DNA of 64,000 nucleotides from Candidatus Poribacteria bacterium (GTDB lineage: Bacteria > Poribacteria > WGA-4E > WGA-3G). Numbering within the stretch: the stretch's first letter is position 1; each line of letters begins with the position of its first letter. Position numbers and translations under genes: made by a program. Location of the stretch: NCBI GenBank assembly GCA_965197475.1, contig CBDANF010000003.1, positions 3,456,001 to 3,520,000 of the forward strand, written 5' to 3'. Shown here piece by piece: positions 52,821 through 63,785 of the stretch. The notes below the pieces were generated by a model. It saw nothing but the letters and a program-made list of their open reading frames with translations. It had not been told where the DNA came from and ran no database searches.

Positions 52821-53362
52821 GAGCAAGAGATTCAAAACGATTAGTGATTGACACTGATGTTGTGCGATCATCCGGTGATGAAGATGCAACTGATCCGAGG
52901 GCCATCAATTGCCGTGACTTCCTAAAGGGAGTGATGACGCAAAATCATAGGATTGTAATGACAAGAAAAATCAGTGATGAGTGGAAAAGACATCAATCAC
53001 GCTTTGCCCTTGAGTGGAGAGCGTCAATGGACGCGCGTAGAAGAGTGGATCGTATTGATCCACCGGAATATGATGAGCTTCAAGACAAGGTCACAAACAC
53101 AACAGATGACGAAGATGATATTGAAGTAATGCAAAAAGATTTTCACCTTCTCCAAGCGGCACTGGAAACTGATAAGACTGTCATTTCGCTTGATCAAACC
53201 GTTCGTGAACTTTTTGCACGAGCATCTCAACGGGTTGGTGAAATCCAAGATATTATCTGGGTAAACCCTGAACGGACAGAAGAAGAACAACCTATTAAGT
53301 GGCTCAAAGAAGGTGCACTGCCGGAACAGGATCGTCAACTTGCTACGTATCCAGCACAATAA
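52817..53362 (+). CDS. PIN-like domain protein
   Basis: LVIDTDV...KDFHLLQAALETDKTVISLD acidic PIN pattern; GTGA overlap with the ATPase. Confidence 0.65.
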   Translation: MRARDSKRLVIDTDVVRSSGDEDATDPRAINCRDFLKGVMTQNHRIVMTRKISDEWKRHQSRFALEWRASMDARRRVDRIDPPEYDELQDKVTNTTDDEDDIEVMQKDFHLLQAALETDKTVISLDQTVRELFARASQRVGEIQDIIWVNPERTEEEQPIKWLKEGALPEQDRQLATYPAQ

Positions 53363-53367
53363 AATAT

Positions 53368-54240
53368 CTACCCCCGCCAATTCAGATCAATGCTGGTGTA
53401 TCCGTGCGTATATTGATGCAAATGCGATGGTAAGTCCGCTAAGAAATGCTTGCCTACGCCTGGTATCTCCCACGGAATATCAATATGATGCACTCTGCTC
53501 CGAAAACCGATAGCGCATGACAACCGTATCTCGTCAATCTGATTCGGAAATGCGGCGTGATACGTCCGATGCGCAAACACAATCATATCACCAGGATTGG
53601 TAAAGAGCGGCACTACACCCGGAACATCAAAATCTGTATATGCCTTCCCTTCTCCACCTACTTTGTAAAATGAACGCTTATCTGCGGTCAGGTTGAACCC
53701 TTCTGGTCCTTCCCAATTCTCCACGTGAGAATCCGCAATCACGCATAAACCACCGTGTTCGGGACGCGAACCCGTTATGTAAAACCATTTGCCGGATGGC
53801 CACATCCCACGGTTCAGCACATCACCAGAATTCTTTGGTGTATCCGTCGAAAACCCACACCAATCGGTATACCATGCAACAGGATGCGATCCCGGCATCC
53901 GGATGATAGCAGCGGACCGATGCACGGTCAGTTCATCCGTGCCAATCAAGTGCCGATGGACTTTCATGAACGGTTCATATTCCAGAAGCTGCCATGCACC
54001 AGCACCTGATTCTATCCAAGCATGTCGGGTACGACTCTGTCCATGCTCCAATTCTCTGTTTGGATCTGTGCCATCAAAAACGGCTTGTTTCAAACTGTCC
54101 ACCAATTTGGGAGGTAATACGTCTTTGATAATTGCAAACCCGTGTGCCTCCAAACATTCGGACATGAGGGAAAGCTGATTGGTTTCAAACTCGTAAGTGT
54201 ATCCAAGTTCAGGTTTTTGAATCTGTAAATAGTGTTCCAT
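53368..54240 (-). CDS. Phytanoyl-CoA dioxygenase family protein
   Basis: GFAIIKDVL, GGLCVIADSH, PGDMIVF...TYH.A.PN....R. Confidence 0.85.
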   Translation of the reverse strand: MEHYLQIQKPELGYTYEFETNQLSLMSECLEAHGFAIIKDVLPPKLVDSLKQAVFDGTDPNRELEHGQSRTRHAWIESGAGAWQLLEYEPFMKVHRHLIGTDELTVHRSAAIIRMPGSHPVAWYTDWCGFSTDTPKNSGDVLNRGMWPSGKWFYITGSRPEHGGLCVIADSHVENWEGPEGFNLTADKRSFYKVGGEGKAYTDFDVPGVVPLFTNPGDMIVFAHRTYHAAFPNQIDEIRLSCAIGFRSRVHHIDIPWEIPGVGKHFLADLPSHLHQYTHGYTSIDLNWRG

Positions 54241-54500
54241 AAGTAAAGCCCCAAAGGTATTTTGTTGATATTGTATTATTCACGCATCGTGTTGTCAACA
54301 ACAATCTTTCAGATGTAAGTTATCATCTTGCACTAATTGGTGACTTTTGTTAAAATACTAATGCAAAATCAAATATCTCTCAAGATTGGGAAGTAGCACA
54401 ACTGATTCAATGCATTACACAAAAAGGCGTTAATTATTTGATAATAATGAAGACATAATACTTTTCAACTTAGGGCGAAACCCCTATTCGGAGGAAAATA

Positions 54501-55403
54501 ATGGCAGAAACCGTTTTTGTGGGAGAACATGAAGTCACATTTCCAGGACCACACCTTGGTGTGCTGCGGGACTGCAACGCCGTGCTTGATTCGGCAGAAG
54601 GCTTGCATAAACAGATAGCGGAGGACGGGTATCTACTCGCTCGCGGTTTAATTGACAAGGACAAGGTGATGGCAGCACGACGGGCTATCCTTGAATACGC
54701 CGAAGGCAATGGAAAAGATGAAGTTTTTAAACCGGGAACTGAAATGATGGATGCTATTGCTGGACCGGGAAGTCCGGGGCGGACGATGGGCGCGCCTGCG
54801 GTTACACATCATCCGGATGTGTTGTCCGTTTTGGAAGGTGACCAACTCTTTACCTTTTTCCGAAACTTTTTTGGTGGCGATACCCGCACGTTTGATTACA
54901 AGTGGCTTCGGTTCGTTCGTCCTGATGGTTGGTCGGGACCGCATTTTGATTTTGTCTATATGGGCAGAGGGTCAAAGCAGTTGCACACCTGCTGGATTCC
55001 ATTCGGTGATGTGCCAGCGACGATGGGGACGTTGACTGTTCTTGTCGGATCGCACAATCTGGAAAGTTTTGCACCAGTGCGCGATACTTATGGCAAAACG
55101 GATGTGGATAAAGATGGTACCCCAGGGCATTTCGGGCGCGATCCGATAGCAATTAGTGAGAAGTACGGCGGGGAATGGCAGACAGCGGATTTTGAGATGG
55201 GTGATGTCATTGTCTTCACTATGCACACGATGCACATGTCCACCAAGAATCTATCGGATCGGTGGCGCATCAGTTGTGACATAAGATTCCAACCCGCAGA
55301 ACACCCGATTGATGAGCGGTGGGTAGGCAAAAATCCTATATCGCACACTGGAGGTCAGAAGATTTCGTTTGAGGAAGCGAAAAAACAGTGGGGATTGGAA
55401 TAG
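54501..55403 (+). CDS. Phytanoyl-CoA dioxygenase family protein
   Basis: DGYL..RG, PHFD..YM, GDVIVF...TMH.S..N...RISCD.R. Confidence 0.9.
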   Translation: MAETVFVGEHEVTFPGPHLGVLRDCNAVLDSAEGLHKQIAEDGYLLARGLIDKDKVMAARRAILEYAEGNGKDEVFKPGTEMMDAIAGPGSPGRTMGAPAVTHHPDVLSVLEGDQLFTFFRNFFGGDTRTFDYKWLRFVRPDGWSGPHFDFVYMGRGSKQLHTCWIPFGDVPATMGTLTVLVGSHNLESFAPVRDTYGKTDVDKDGTPGHFGRDPIAISEKYGGEWQTADFEMGDVIVFTMHTMHMSTKNLSDRWRISCDIRFQPAEHPIDERWVGKNPISHTGGQKISFEEAKKQWGLE

Positions 55404-55424
55404 AGGGATAGGAATTTTTAAACG

Positions 55425-55451
55425 ATAGACGCGGTTATAAACCGCGTCTAT
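55425..55451. terminator. Hairpin between convergent genes
   Basis: ATAGACGCGGTT-ATA-AACCGCGTCTAT. Confidence 0.7.
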
Positions 55452-55457
55452 TCTCAA

Positions 55458-56633
55458 TTATTTAAACAACGCTCGCCGAATTTGCCGCACCGCTTGCCGA
55501 ATCCGATCCTCATTCTCTACAAGCGCAATGCGGATATAACCTTCACCGTTGTGTCCAAACCCAGCACCGGGAGAGACACAGACCTCCGCTTCATTTAAGA
55601 GTTTCATTGAAAAGTCTAAAGAGTTGAGGTGTTTCCATGCTTCAGGAATAGGTGCCCACACAAACATTGAAGCCTGCGGTTTCAACACTTTCCATCCGAT
55701 TCGGTTTAACCCATCAACTAACACATCACGGCGTTTCCGATAAACAGCTGCGTTTTCCATGACCACATCTTCTGGTGTACGCAGTGCCATAATCGCAGCG
55801 ACCTGAATAGGTGCGAAAATTCCGTAATCGTAATATCCTTTTATCCGTGCGAGTGCCTCAATGATATCACGATTGCCAGCAGCGAACCCGCATCGCCAAC
55901 CCGCCATGTTATACGATTTTGAGAGAGATATAAACTCAACGCCAACATCTTTCGCACCCTTTGCTTGTAGAAAACTCGGTGCTTTATACCCATCAAAGAC
56001 AATGTCCGCATAAGCCAGATCATGGATTACCACCATATCCTGTTGTTTTGCGAACTGGACGACCTCTTCAAAAAAATCCAACTCTACCACTGCGCCGGTA
56101 GGATTATGTGGAAAACTCAATATCAACACCTTCGGTCTCGGCCATATATCACGTGTGATTTCTGCGAGGGAGGGGACAAAAGCGTTTTCCTCTGTTAACG
56201 GAATGCTCACAACGCTTCCACCTGCAAGGACTACACTATACATGTGAATAGGGAATGTTGGATTAGGCACCATCGCCAAGTCCCCATCATCAATCAAGGC
56301 TAAAGCGAGATGCCCTAATCCTTCTTTAGTGCCGATGACAGCAATCGCTTCCTCATTCGGATCAATATCTACACCGAATCGGCGTTCATAGTGCCAACTG
56401 ACTTCTCTCCGCAGGTTGTAGATGCCGCGAGATGCAGAATAACGGTGATTTCGGAGCTCCTGCGCTGCTTCTGTGAGTTTATCAATAATGGGTTGCGGGG
56501 TCGGTTGATTAGGATTACCCATCCCCAAATCAATTATATCTATTCCCTGTTGCCGCCGTTCATGCGTCAACTGCTTAAGTTTGCCGAACATGTATGGCGG
56601 AAGTCGATTTAAGCGTTTTGAAAATATATTCAT
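55458..56633 (-). CDS. Class I/II aminotransferase (AlaC / LL-DAP aminotransferase-like)
   Basis: LPPYMF, FPHNPT, HDLAY, SLSKSYNMAGWR. Confidence 0.92.
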   Translation of the reverse strand: MNIFSKRLNRLPPYMFGKLKQLTHERRQQGIDIIDLGMGNPNQPTPQPIIDKLTEAAQELRNHRYSASRGIYNLRREVSWHYERRFGVDIDPNEEAIAVIGTKEGLGHLALALIDDGDLAMVPNPTFPIHMYSVVLAGGSVVSIPLTEENAFVPSLAEITRDIWPRPKVLILSFPHNPTGAVVELDFFEEVVQFAKQQDMVVIHDLAYADIVFDGYKAPSFLQAKGAKDVGVEFISLSKSYNMAGWRCGFAAGNRDIIEALARIKGYYDYGIFAPIQVAAIMALRTPEDVVMENAAVYRKRRDVLVDGLNRIGWKVLKPQASMFVWAPIPEAWKHLNSLDFSMKLLNEAEVCVSPGAGFGHNGEGYIRIALVENEDRIRQAVRQIRRALFK

Positions 56634-56689
56634 TTTCCGAAGTCCTGGTATTTTTTAAATATGTGTTAACAAATTTGTTTTCCTATGTC

Positions 56690-58114
56690 TTATCTACCGT
56701 GTTCCCAATATTCCCGCAGCCGTTTACCCCAATTTGATATGACTCTTTGTGGACCTTGATGAACAATCTGCTGCCTATTGAGTTTATTTTCTTGAGCAAG
56801 GAGTTTTTCTCTGCACTCTTTGACGACTTCTCCGTAAGCTGCGTCTTCTGCAAGGTTTTTTGTCTCACATGGATCGTCATGCAAGTCAAACAATTGGGCA
56901 AGTCCAAGCTGCTCAGCAGCTGGTCCGGGCGGCACAAAATCCTCCACCGCTTTCGGTTTGTATTCTGTAACGTATTTATACCGATCAGTGACAATTGCGC
57001 GTCCCCAATAATTGCTCTCTATGTAAGCATATTCCCGCCAAGGAATATCTTTGCCTTCTGCAAGTGCACGGAGGCTCATTCCTTGACACCCTTTAGGTGT
57101 ATCACTGTCTGCGTAATCAGAGACAGTTGGAAATAGGTCTACACTGGAGACGAAGTGTGTTTCATCAAATCGATCTTTCTGGACAGAAACACCCTCCCCT
57201 AAGCATGAAATGATGAACGGCACCTGCACGCTTTCTTCATAAAGCGCGAATTTCTGAAACAGCTGGTGGCTTCCACACGCCTCACCGTGGTCGGCACTAA
57301 AGATGATTAACGTGTTATCACAAAAAGACGTTTGTCGCAGCAAAGAAAGCACTCTACCGATCTCTGCGTCAACTTTTTCAATAAATCTGTAATAGTTCCA
57401 CCTTAGATAACGCCACTGGAGTTCGTCCCAACTGCGAACCGCTTTTAGGATGCGCGCATGGATAAGCGCGTCATCAACCCGTTTACAGACGCGATTTAAT
57501 ACCGTTTCACGTTCATCGTAGTTAAAGTTATCAGGTAGCGGTGGCAAATCGTCTTCTGTAAGAATTCCCTGTTCTACCGGATTTGGTATGTGTTTTTCCT
57601 CATGGTTGTGTAGATATTCACACACGTCATGCGGATCAATGTATCCAATTTGCAGATAGAACGGTTTATCGCCATCGTAATTCGTTAAGAAATCTGCTAC
57701 TGCATGAGTAGATGCTGAATCGTAATATGCAGCACCACCTGCCCCAATATTGTTTTGTCCGTAGTAGAGTGTCTCAAAACTTTCACGTACATTCCTGCCG
57801 GGAACATGCCATTTTCCGCAATGGAACACCCTATAGCCACTTGCATTGAGTACCTGCCCTATATCGGGAATTTCTGTGTGAAGTTGTCCTCCGTTGAAAG
57901 GCACACCTGTTTCGGATGTGTATAATCCTGTTGCCCAACTGGAGCGTGCCGCAGCACATACCGGATCGGTGCAGTAAGATTTTTTGAAAGATGTTCCATT
58001 TCGGTGGAGTCCGTCAATATTAGGCGTGTAGAGATACGGATTTCCGTAGGCAGATACAGCGTTCCATGAGTGTTGGTCGGTGTTAATGAAAAGGATATTG
58101 GGACGTTTGCTCAT
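56690..58114 (-). CDS. Sulfatase (formylglycine-dependent)
   Basis: PNILFINTDQH, CAAAR (CxAxR), GKWH, ADHGE. Confidence 0.9.
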   Translation of the reverse strand: MSKRPNILFINTDQHSWNAVSAYGNPYLYTPNIDGLHRNGTSFKKSYCTDPVCAAARSSWATGLYTSETGVPFNGGQLHTEIPDIGQVLNASGYRVFHCGKWHVPGRNVRESFETLYYGQNNIGAGGAAYYDSASTHAVADFLTNYDGDKPFYLQIGYIDPHDVCEYLHNHEEKHIPNPVEQGILTEDDLPPLPDNFNYDERETVLNRVCKRVDDALIHARILKAVRSWDELQWRYLRWNYYRFIEKVDAEIGRVLSLLRQTSFCDNTLIIFSADHGEACGSHQLFQKFALYEESVQVPFIISCLGEGVSVQKDRFDETHFVSSVDLFPTVSDYADSDTPKGCQGMSLRALAEGKDIPWREYAYIESNYWGRAIVTDRYKYVTEYKPKAVEDFVPPGPAAEQLGLAQLFDLHDDPCETKNLAEDAAYGEVVKECREKLLAQENKLNRQQIVHQGPQRVISNWGKRLREYWEHGR

Positions 58115-58914
58115 GAGGGACTCCCCGTCTTCTCTTGAAGCACCAACGTCTCAAAAACACTTGCAACAATAGCGATGTTCCCGTTTGCATCAACCCACCA
58201 ATACGATGGCAAGACACCTGCACCGTAAAGATAATAGCCATCAAGTGAAATCGGGGATTGTATTGAATCAAGGAAGCCGAGTTTATTTTTCGGTCTAAAT
58301 TGCTCAAGGTCTTCAAGTAGGACGATATCTACGTGATCGCCAGACTTTTTCATCTTTTCAGCAAGCGCGGGAATAACATCAAAAAGTGCCCAATTGCACG
58401 TCAACGATAGGGAGTTGTCCACTGTCCCCGTAGTGACTTCAGTGCCGTTAATGTGAAGTCGAATCTCTGCGTCTACGGTGAGGTGTCCATCCCACGCTAG
58501 TCCGGAATATGCGTCGTTGCAACTATTTTGAACATCAACGCGCCAACTTTCATGAAGTGGGCGGTAGCATTCATCACGACAACAGAAGTGGAACTGTAAA
58601 TTTTCGCCGCTTGTTGTATTCTGGTATCGGACATTATAGTTCCAAATATCACCGTTACCTTTCTGGCGTTCAATGATAACCGTTCCAATACTTAATGCTT
58701 TATCTGGAATATCTCTTCTCTGATAGCCGCGCCAGAAATTCGGTAATATTTGATAAACGTGCTTTGTAGAATTGTCTGCATCCGCGTTTGTGTCATGGGT
58801 AGCAGATTTAACATCATACCCATGTAGCAACTCAATCAGTTCCTTTGCAAAATCAGGGTTTTGTGCGCCATGATTGTAGTCAAATGACCAGTGTAACGGA
58901 TTGCTATCATTCAT
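58111..58914 (-). CDS. Hypothetical protein coupled to the sulfatase
   Basis: 267-aa ORF with ATGA overlap. Confidence 0.7.
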   Translation of the reverse strand: MNDSNPLHWSFDYNHGAQNPDFAKELIELLHGYDVKSATHDTNADADNSTKHVYQILPNFWRGYQRRDIPDKALSIGTVIIERQKGNGDIWNYNVRYQNTTSGENLQFHFCCRDECYRPLHESWRVDVQNSCNDAYSGLAWDGHLTVDAEIRLHINGTEVTTGTVDNSLSLTCNWALFDVIPALAEKMKKSGDHVDIVLLEDLEQFRPKNKLGFLDSIQSPISLDGYYLYGAGVLPSYWWVDANGNIAIVASVFETLVLQEKTGSPS

Positions 58915-59011
58915 GATTTTACGGAGATTTTATTATTGATGTAATAGGAAAAGGTTTATTCGTGCTATTTTATTTTTTGCATTTGGCGAACATCACATCT
59001 TGTTCAGAGAC

Positions 59012-59704
59012 CTATTCACCCTCCTTAACAAAAGCCACACCCTCAAGAATTTTACCGGATGCGGCTTTATGGGCATAACGGGTAGTTTCTGGTAAGCGGA
59101 ATCTTGGACAACATGCGATAGTAAACTTCCGTGCTGAATCCAGTGAAATACGGTGTCCGATTGATACGTAAACAACGCTAACGTTAGTGCGCGTTCGGAG
59201 CGCAGCCCCAATAGTCTCGTCTTTGTCCAAAAGATATGTGTAAGCACCTTTTTCCGTGTCTGGTTCAGTGTATTGTCCGCACAAACGAGACTTAGCACAA
59301 CCAATCGTCGGTTTATCCAAAATCAACCCTAAGTGGGATGCAAGTCCAAACCGTCTTGGGTGCGCAATTCCTTGACCGTCTACTATCACCAAGTCTGGTT
59401 CTGTTTGTAGACGCGCGAAAGCCACCAGAAGCGGTGGTATTTCGCGAAATGATAAAAATCCTGGTATGTAAGGAAAACTGACATGACTTTCAGCAACTAC
59501 ACCGTCTACTACTTGTAAATCGGGGAAGTTCAACACTACCACAGATGCAAGTGCAATATTGTTTTTGAGTCCGATATCTACTCCTGCGACCGTTTTGATT
59601 GTATCAAACTGATCTACCGGGACTACCTGATGGCGTAAATCGTTTTGGAGTTGTCGTGCTTCTTGAGGTGTGACATTCCAAGGATGAAGGTCTTGATACT
59701 GCAT
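59012..59704 (-). CDS. nfi: Endonuclease V
   Basis: FPYIPGFLSFRE, DGQGIAHPRRFGLASH, IGCAKS, RLPETTR.AH. Confidence 0.97.
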   Translation of the reverse strand: MQYQDLHPWNVTPQEARQLQNDLRHQVVPVDQFDTIKTVAGVDIGLKNNIALASVVVLNFPDLQVVDGVVAESHVSFPYIPGFLSFREIPPLLVAFARLQTEPDLVIVDGQGIAHPRRFGLASHLGLILDKPTIGCAKSRLCGQYTEPDTEKGAYTYLLDKDETIGAALRTRTNVSVVYVSIGHRISLDSARKFTIACCPRFRLPETTRYAHKAASGKILEGVAFVKEGE

Positions 59705-59885
59705 ATCAATGCTTCGTTGCCCGCTTATGCTCGCTCCTTAAAACTATCACACCCAATTTCCTTTAGACGGCATCTATTCAGGTGTTCGGCCACGCGTTCC
59801 GAAACTTACGTCAATTTCATAACGGAACACGTTGTACATCTGTTTTGACCGCATAAATTCGATAACTATGATAACAGAAAAGGTG

Positions 59886-60038
59886 TCAGTTGTCAAGATT
59901 TTTTGTTGCTTTTTTGAATTCAACAATCCGAGGCTTAGCGATATGTTGAACTCCCGCAAAAAAAGCACTAAGAATCAAGTATCCAGCACCAATTCCCATC
60001 AAGGAACACAAACCACTTATGAGAATTACGTTAAACAT
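59886..60038 (-). CDS. Unannotated 50-aa single-pass membrane protein
   Basis: AGGAGG RBS then MFNVILISGLCSLMGIGAGYLILSAFFAGVQHIAKPRIVEFKKATKNLDN*. Confidence 0.6.
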   Translation of the reverse strand: MFNVILISGLCSLMGIGAGYLILSAFFAGVQHIAKPRIVEFKKATKNLDN

Positions 60039-60404
60039 CAATTGTGCCTCCTGCAAACCTAAATTACTTTAGGTACTCAACATGAGTATTCCCGTTCATT
60101 TTGTTTATTTCAAAGGTTTACAATTCTTGGACTGATAGAGTTCTTAAAACTAATATTTAATTAAAATTTGTATTTATTAATCGTACTTGTATTTATTAAT
60201 CGCACACAGTCTTCAATTTTGTTGCCATACACATCTGCTGAGATGTTTAGCAAACATTTCAAGGTTTCCATTATTATTTATTAACTTAAAAGACTTTTAT
60301 GCTTGACACTTGTGAACATGTTTCAAATGTTGCAAAAGTGTTGTAATACTAAACGATTAATCCCTTGCTCGGTTTCAAATCAATATGTAAATTTATTTAA
60401 GTTG

Positions 60405-60420
60405 AGCAAAAACGATGCCA
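60405..60420 (-). promoter_or_regulatory. sigma54-type promoter pointing left
   Basis: Minus strand TGGCATCGTTTTTGCT; TGTCAAAATTGAGACA palindrome-like site at 60606-60621. Confidence 0.55.
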
Positions 60421-60823
60421 ATTCGGAAATTAGCAGTTTGAAATTCTGTTCGGTGATTAGAATGCAGTGTGTTGATATCATGTTAAGACTTGTATGTTGT
60501 ATTCCGGCAACTATACAATCGCTGAATTTCAGTCTAAATTCGTCGGGTGCTAATCGGAATAAGGTGGGGTTTTTCATTAGAACACAAAAATAATGGAAAA
60601 TGATGTGTCAAAATTGAGACATGCCTATAAGCAATTTTGCATTGTAGTGGTAAGCAAGTGTCTTATTTTGATAGTGTGTAGATGTGCACATTACAATTTA
60701 TTAATTTCAGGTTTACAAATTGCAGCAAGGCAAAGTAAAAATAGATGCAATTCAACGCAATACACGGTATAATTACAAGTGCAGTTCTATAACATATTGT
60801 AGATTGTCATACTGGAGAAAAAG

Positions 60824-62629
60824 ATGTTCAATCGCCCAAAGGCTAAAGATAACACCCTCAATAATCTGTCCTTAATAGACAAAATTAGGCGAAAATACGA
60901 TTTAACGCCACCTATCACACTCATCCTGGTACTGACAACGCTGTTTTTTGTTGCATTCCTCATATACCCCCTCCTCTATGTTTTCAAAGAAGCATTCTGG
61001 ATTGAAAACAGATTTGACCTAACATATTTTAAACTGATGGTAACTGATCCGAACAAAAGAGAACTGGTTATCAATAGTTTCAAAATTGGTGTTATGGTTA
61101 CGCTGTTGACGAGCATCGTTAGTCTTCCGCTGGCATATTTTCTCACCCGCTACCAATATCCAGGTCGCAATACACTTCGATCTGTGATTTTAATTCCGAT
61201 GATAATGCCTCCGTTTGTTGGGGCTATCGGAATGCAAAAATTTTTCGGAAATTATGGTAGCATAAACATGCTTCTTGACAAACTTCATCTGATGAATTTA
61301 ACCGAAAATGACCCTATTGACTGGTTTGAGGGAGGTTTTTGGGGTGTAGTTTTGTTGTCAACGTTACACTTATACCCCATTATGTATCTAAACATTGTTG
61401 CTGCATTGGCAAATGTTGATCCGAGTTTAGAGGAAGCTGCAGAAAACCTCGGCGCATCGCGATTCCAAATATTCCGGCGAATTACACTGCCTTTAATGAT
61501 GCCCGGTTATTTTGCTGGTGCGATTCTCGTCTTTATCTGGGCATTTACCGACCTTGGCACACCATTGATTTTTGACTACAACAAGGTGATTGCTGTCAAG
61601 ATTTTCCGACAAGTAACTGAAGCGAACGTAAATCCGATGGGATATGCACTTGTAGTCCTTGTTATTGTGCTGACTGCTCTTGCATTTTATGCTTCAAAGC
61701 GGTGGACAGGTAGCAAACACTATGAAATGCTCGGACGAGGCCACGTAACTTCTCGTGAGACAAATGCAAAATTGTGGATGCGCTGCGTTATCTACCTGTT
61801 TATCGGTGGATTGACGTTCATTGCGTTGTTACCTCACATCAGTGTCATTTTGGCATCCTTAACACCGAATGAAGGTCAATGGAACATGACCGTACTACCG
61901 AAATCGTTCACCTTTGCGCACTATGTAGAGACATTCACACATTCCGATACATTACCGAGTATTCTCAACAGTCTGAAATACAGTATCTTTAGCACGTTAA
62001 TTGCACTGATTGTTGGTGTTGCGATCGCGTATCTCCTCACCCGCAAACGTCTTCCGTTCCACAATTTGTTAGATGCGGTTGCGATGTTACCTTTGGCACT
62101 GCCGGGTGTTGCGATTGCTTTCGGATATATGGGAAGTTTCTCGGATACCTCATTTCTTTTGCGGAATCTTCCAGAGGGGTTTATTGCTGTGATTGATCCG
62201 AGAAAAAATCCGACGTTTCTCTTGATTATTGGTTACGCTGTGCGGCGGTTACCGTATATGTTACGTGCAATATATGCAGGTTTCCAGCAAACCAGCGTAA
62301 CCTACGAAGAAGCATCACAGAACATGGGGGCAACACCCATGCGAACACTTTATAAAATCACATTACCTCTGGTTTTTGCCAATATCCTTGCCGGTGCGAT
62401 TCTGGTTTTTTCCTTTTCTATGCTTGAGGTAAGTGAAAGCCTGATTTTAGCGACTCAGAACCAGCACTATCCGATTACAAAAGCAATTTGGTCACTTTCC
62501 CAACGTGTTGGTCAAGGTCCGTACATAGCGAGTGCGCTTGGCGTTGTAGGGATGCTAATCTTAATTGCGTGTCTGCTTGGTGCGGGGCGCGTTCTTGGCG
62601 GAAAGTTAGGGGAAATTTTCCGGATTTAG
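60824..62629 (+). CDS. Fe3+/thiamine-type ABC transporter permease (FbpB-like)
   Basis: Two EAA motifs (LEEAAENLGA, YEEASQNMGA); about 12 TM segments. Confidence 0.92.
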   Translation: MFNRPKAKDNTLNNLSLIDKIRRKYDLTPPITLILVLTTLFFVAFLIYPLLYVFKEAFWIENRFDLTYFKLMVTDPNKRELVINSFKIGVMVTLLTSIVSLPLAYFLTRYQYPGRNTLRSVILIPMIMPPFVGAIGMQKFFGNYGSINMLLDKLHLMNLTENDPIDWFEGGFWGVVLLSTLHLYPIMYLNIVAALANVDPSLEEAAENLGASRFQIFRRITLPLMMPGYFAGAILVFIWAFTDLGTPLIFDYNKVIAVKIFRQVTEANVNPMGYALVVLVIVLTALAFYASKRWTGSKHYEMLGRGHVTSRETNAKLWMRCVIYLFIGGLTFIALLPHISVILASLTPNEGQWNMTVLPKSFTFAHYVETFTHSDTLPSILNSLKYSIFSTLIALIVGVAIAYLLTRKRLPFHNLLDAVAMLPLALPGVAIAFGYMGSFSDTSFLLRNLPEGFIAVIDPRKNPTFLLIIGYAVRRLPYMLRAIYAGFQQTSVTYEEASQNMGATPMRTLYKITLPLVFANILAGAILVFSFSMLEVSESLILATQNQHYPITKAIWSLSQRVGQGPYIASALGVVGMLILIACLLGAGRVLGGKLGEIFRI

Positions 62630-62668
62630 CGTCAGGTTTGCAGAAAATGATTCGAAAGAAACCTTCTT

Positions 62669-63654
62669 GGCTCATGTAAAAAGTAAGTGCTATTTTTTCA
62701 AAGTTATGTTAGCGTGTTACCTATGGACTTTCCAATACAATCTCTCCTGGATGAAGAAAAAACTCAAGCGTGGGTGTTGGATCATTTCCACCTTCAAGGG
62801 CTGTGTTGCCCAAAATGCCAAGCGAGCGTGGCGGAGGCACGCAAGTTCCGTCCGACTGAAACAAGTGGTCTACAAGTGTATCGCTGCAAACACTGTGAGA
62901 GCATCTACAACCTCTATACCGGGACGGTCTTTGCTGGCACGCAGTTTCGTCCCTCACAGGTCGTTCTGCTTTTGCGCGGTGTCTGTCAAGGTGTTTCAAG
63001 TGCACAACTCGGGTGTGAACTGGGTCTAAGTCGTCAAACCGTTCTTTCTATAAGACGTAAACTCCAAACTTCGGCAGAGCAGATACAACCCGAAGCTGCT
63101 TTACCTGATGCTGAAGTCGAAACAGATGAGATGTTTCAAAACGCCGGTGAAAAAGGCGATAAGCACGTTGATGCTTCGGATCCGCCGCGTCGGCGTGGCA
63201 ATAAACGCAGGGGACATGGGACTTATGACAATGATCGTCCGCCTATTGTTGGGACGAAAGGTCGCGAAAGCGGTCTCCTGAGATTACGTGTTGTGCGGCA
63301 CACCGATTCTGCGACGCTTTCAACACACGTTCATCAGTGGACGTTGCCGACTTCAACGGTGTATACGGATGGTTGGCGTGGCTATAACCGTATTCAGCGC
63401 GCCCGTGAGATTGTTCTCCATAAGGATGGCGAGTGGGCAAGAGACGCAGACGGTGATGGTCTTTACGAGATCCATACAAGGACGATTGAAGGTGCCTGGA
63501 CGACGCTGCGAAACTTCCTTCGTCCCTTTCGTGGCGTTCATAAAAAGTTCCTCGCCGGTTACGTCGCAATCTGTGAGTTCGTCATGAATCTAAAAGCTGT
63601 CAGTGTTGATTTTATAGCAAAACTCGTCAAAAGCACTTACTCTTGACATGAGCG
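62669..63654 (+). mobile_element. Intact IS1595-family element (986 bp) with an 8-bp TSD
   Basis: TIRs GGCTCATGTAAAAAGTAAGTGCT / AGCACTTACTCTTGACATGAGCG; TSD ACCTTCTT at 62661-62668 and 63655-63662; transposase with CPKC..CKHC, ETDE, YTDGW.GY, TIEGAW. Confidence 0.93.
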
Positions 63655-63785
63655 ACCTTCTTTCTTGATAAAATACAGGAGATATAAACCGATAGTATAT
63701 AGAACCAACAGTAGTCATCTGCATGGTAACAAACTTAGTAACGATCTAACCCCAGATATAAAATGACATAAAACGAGGATTTACC

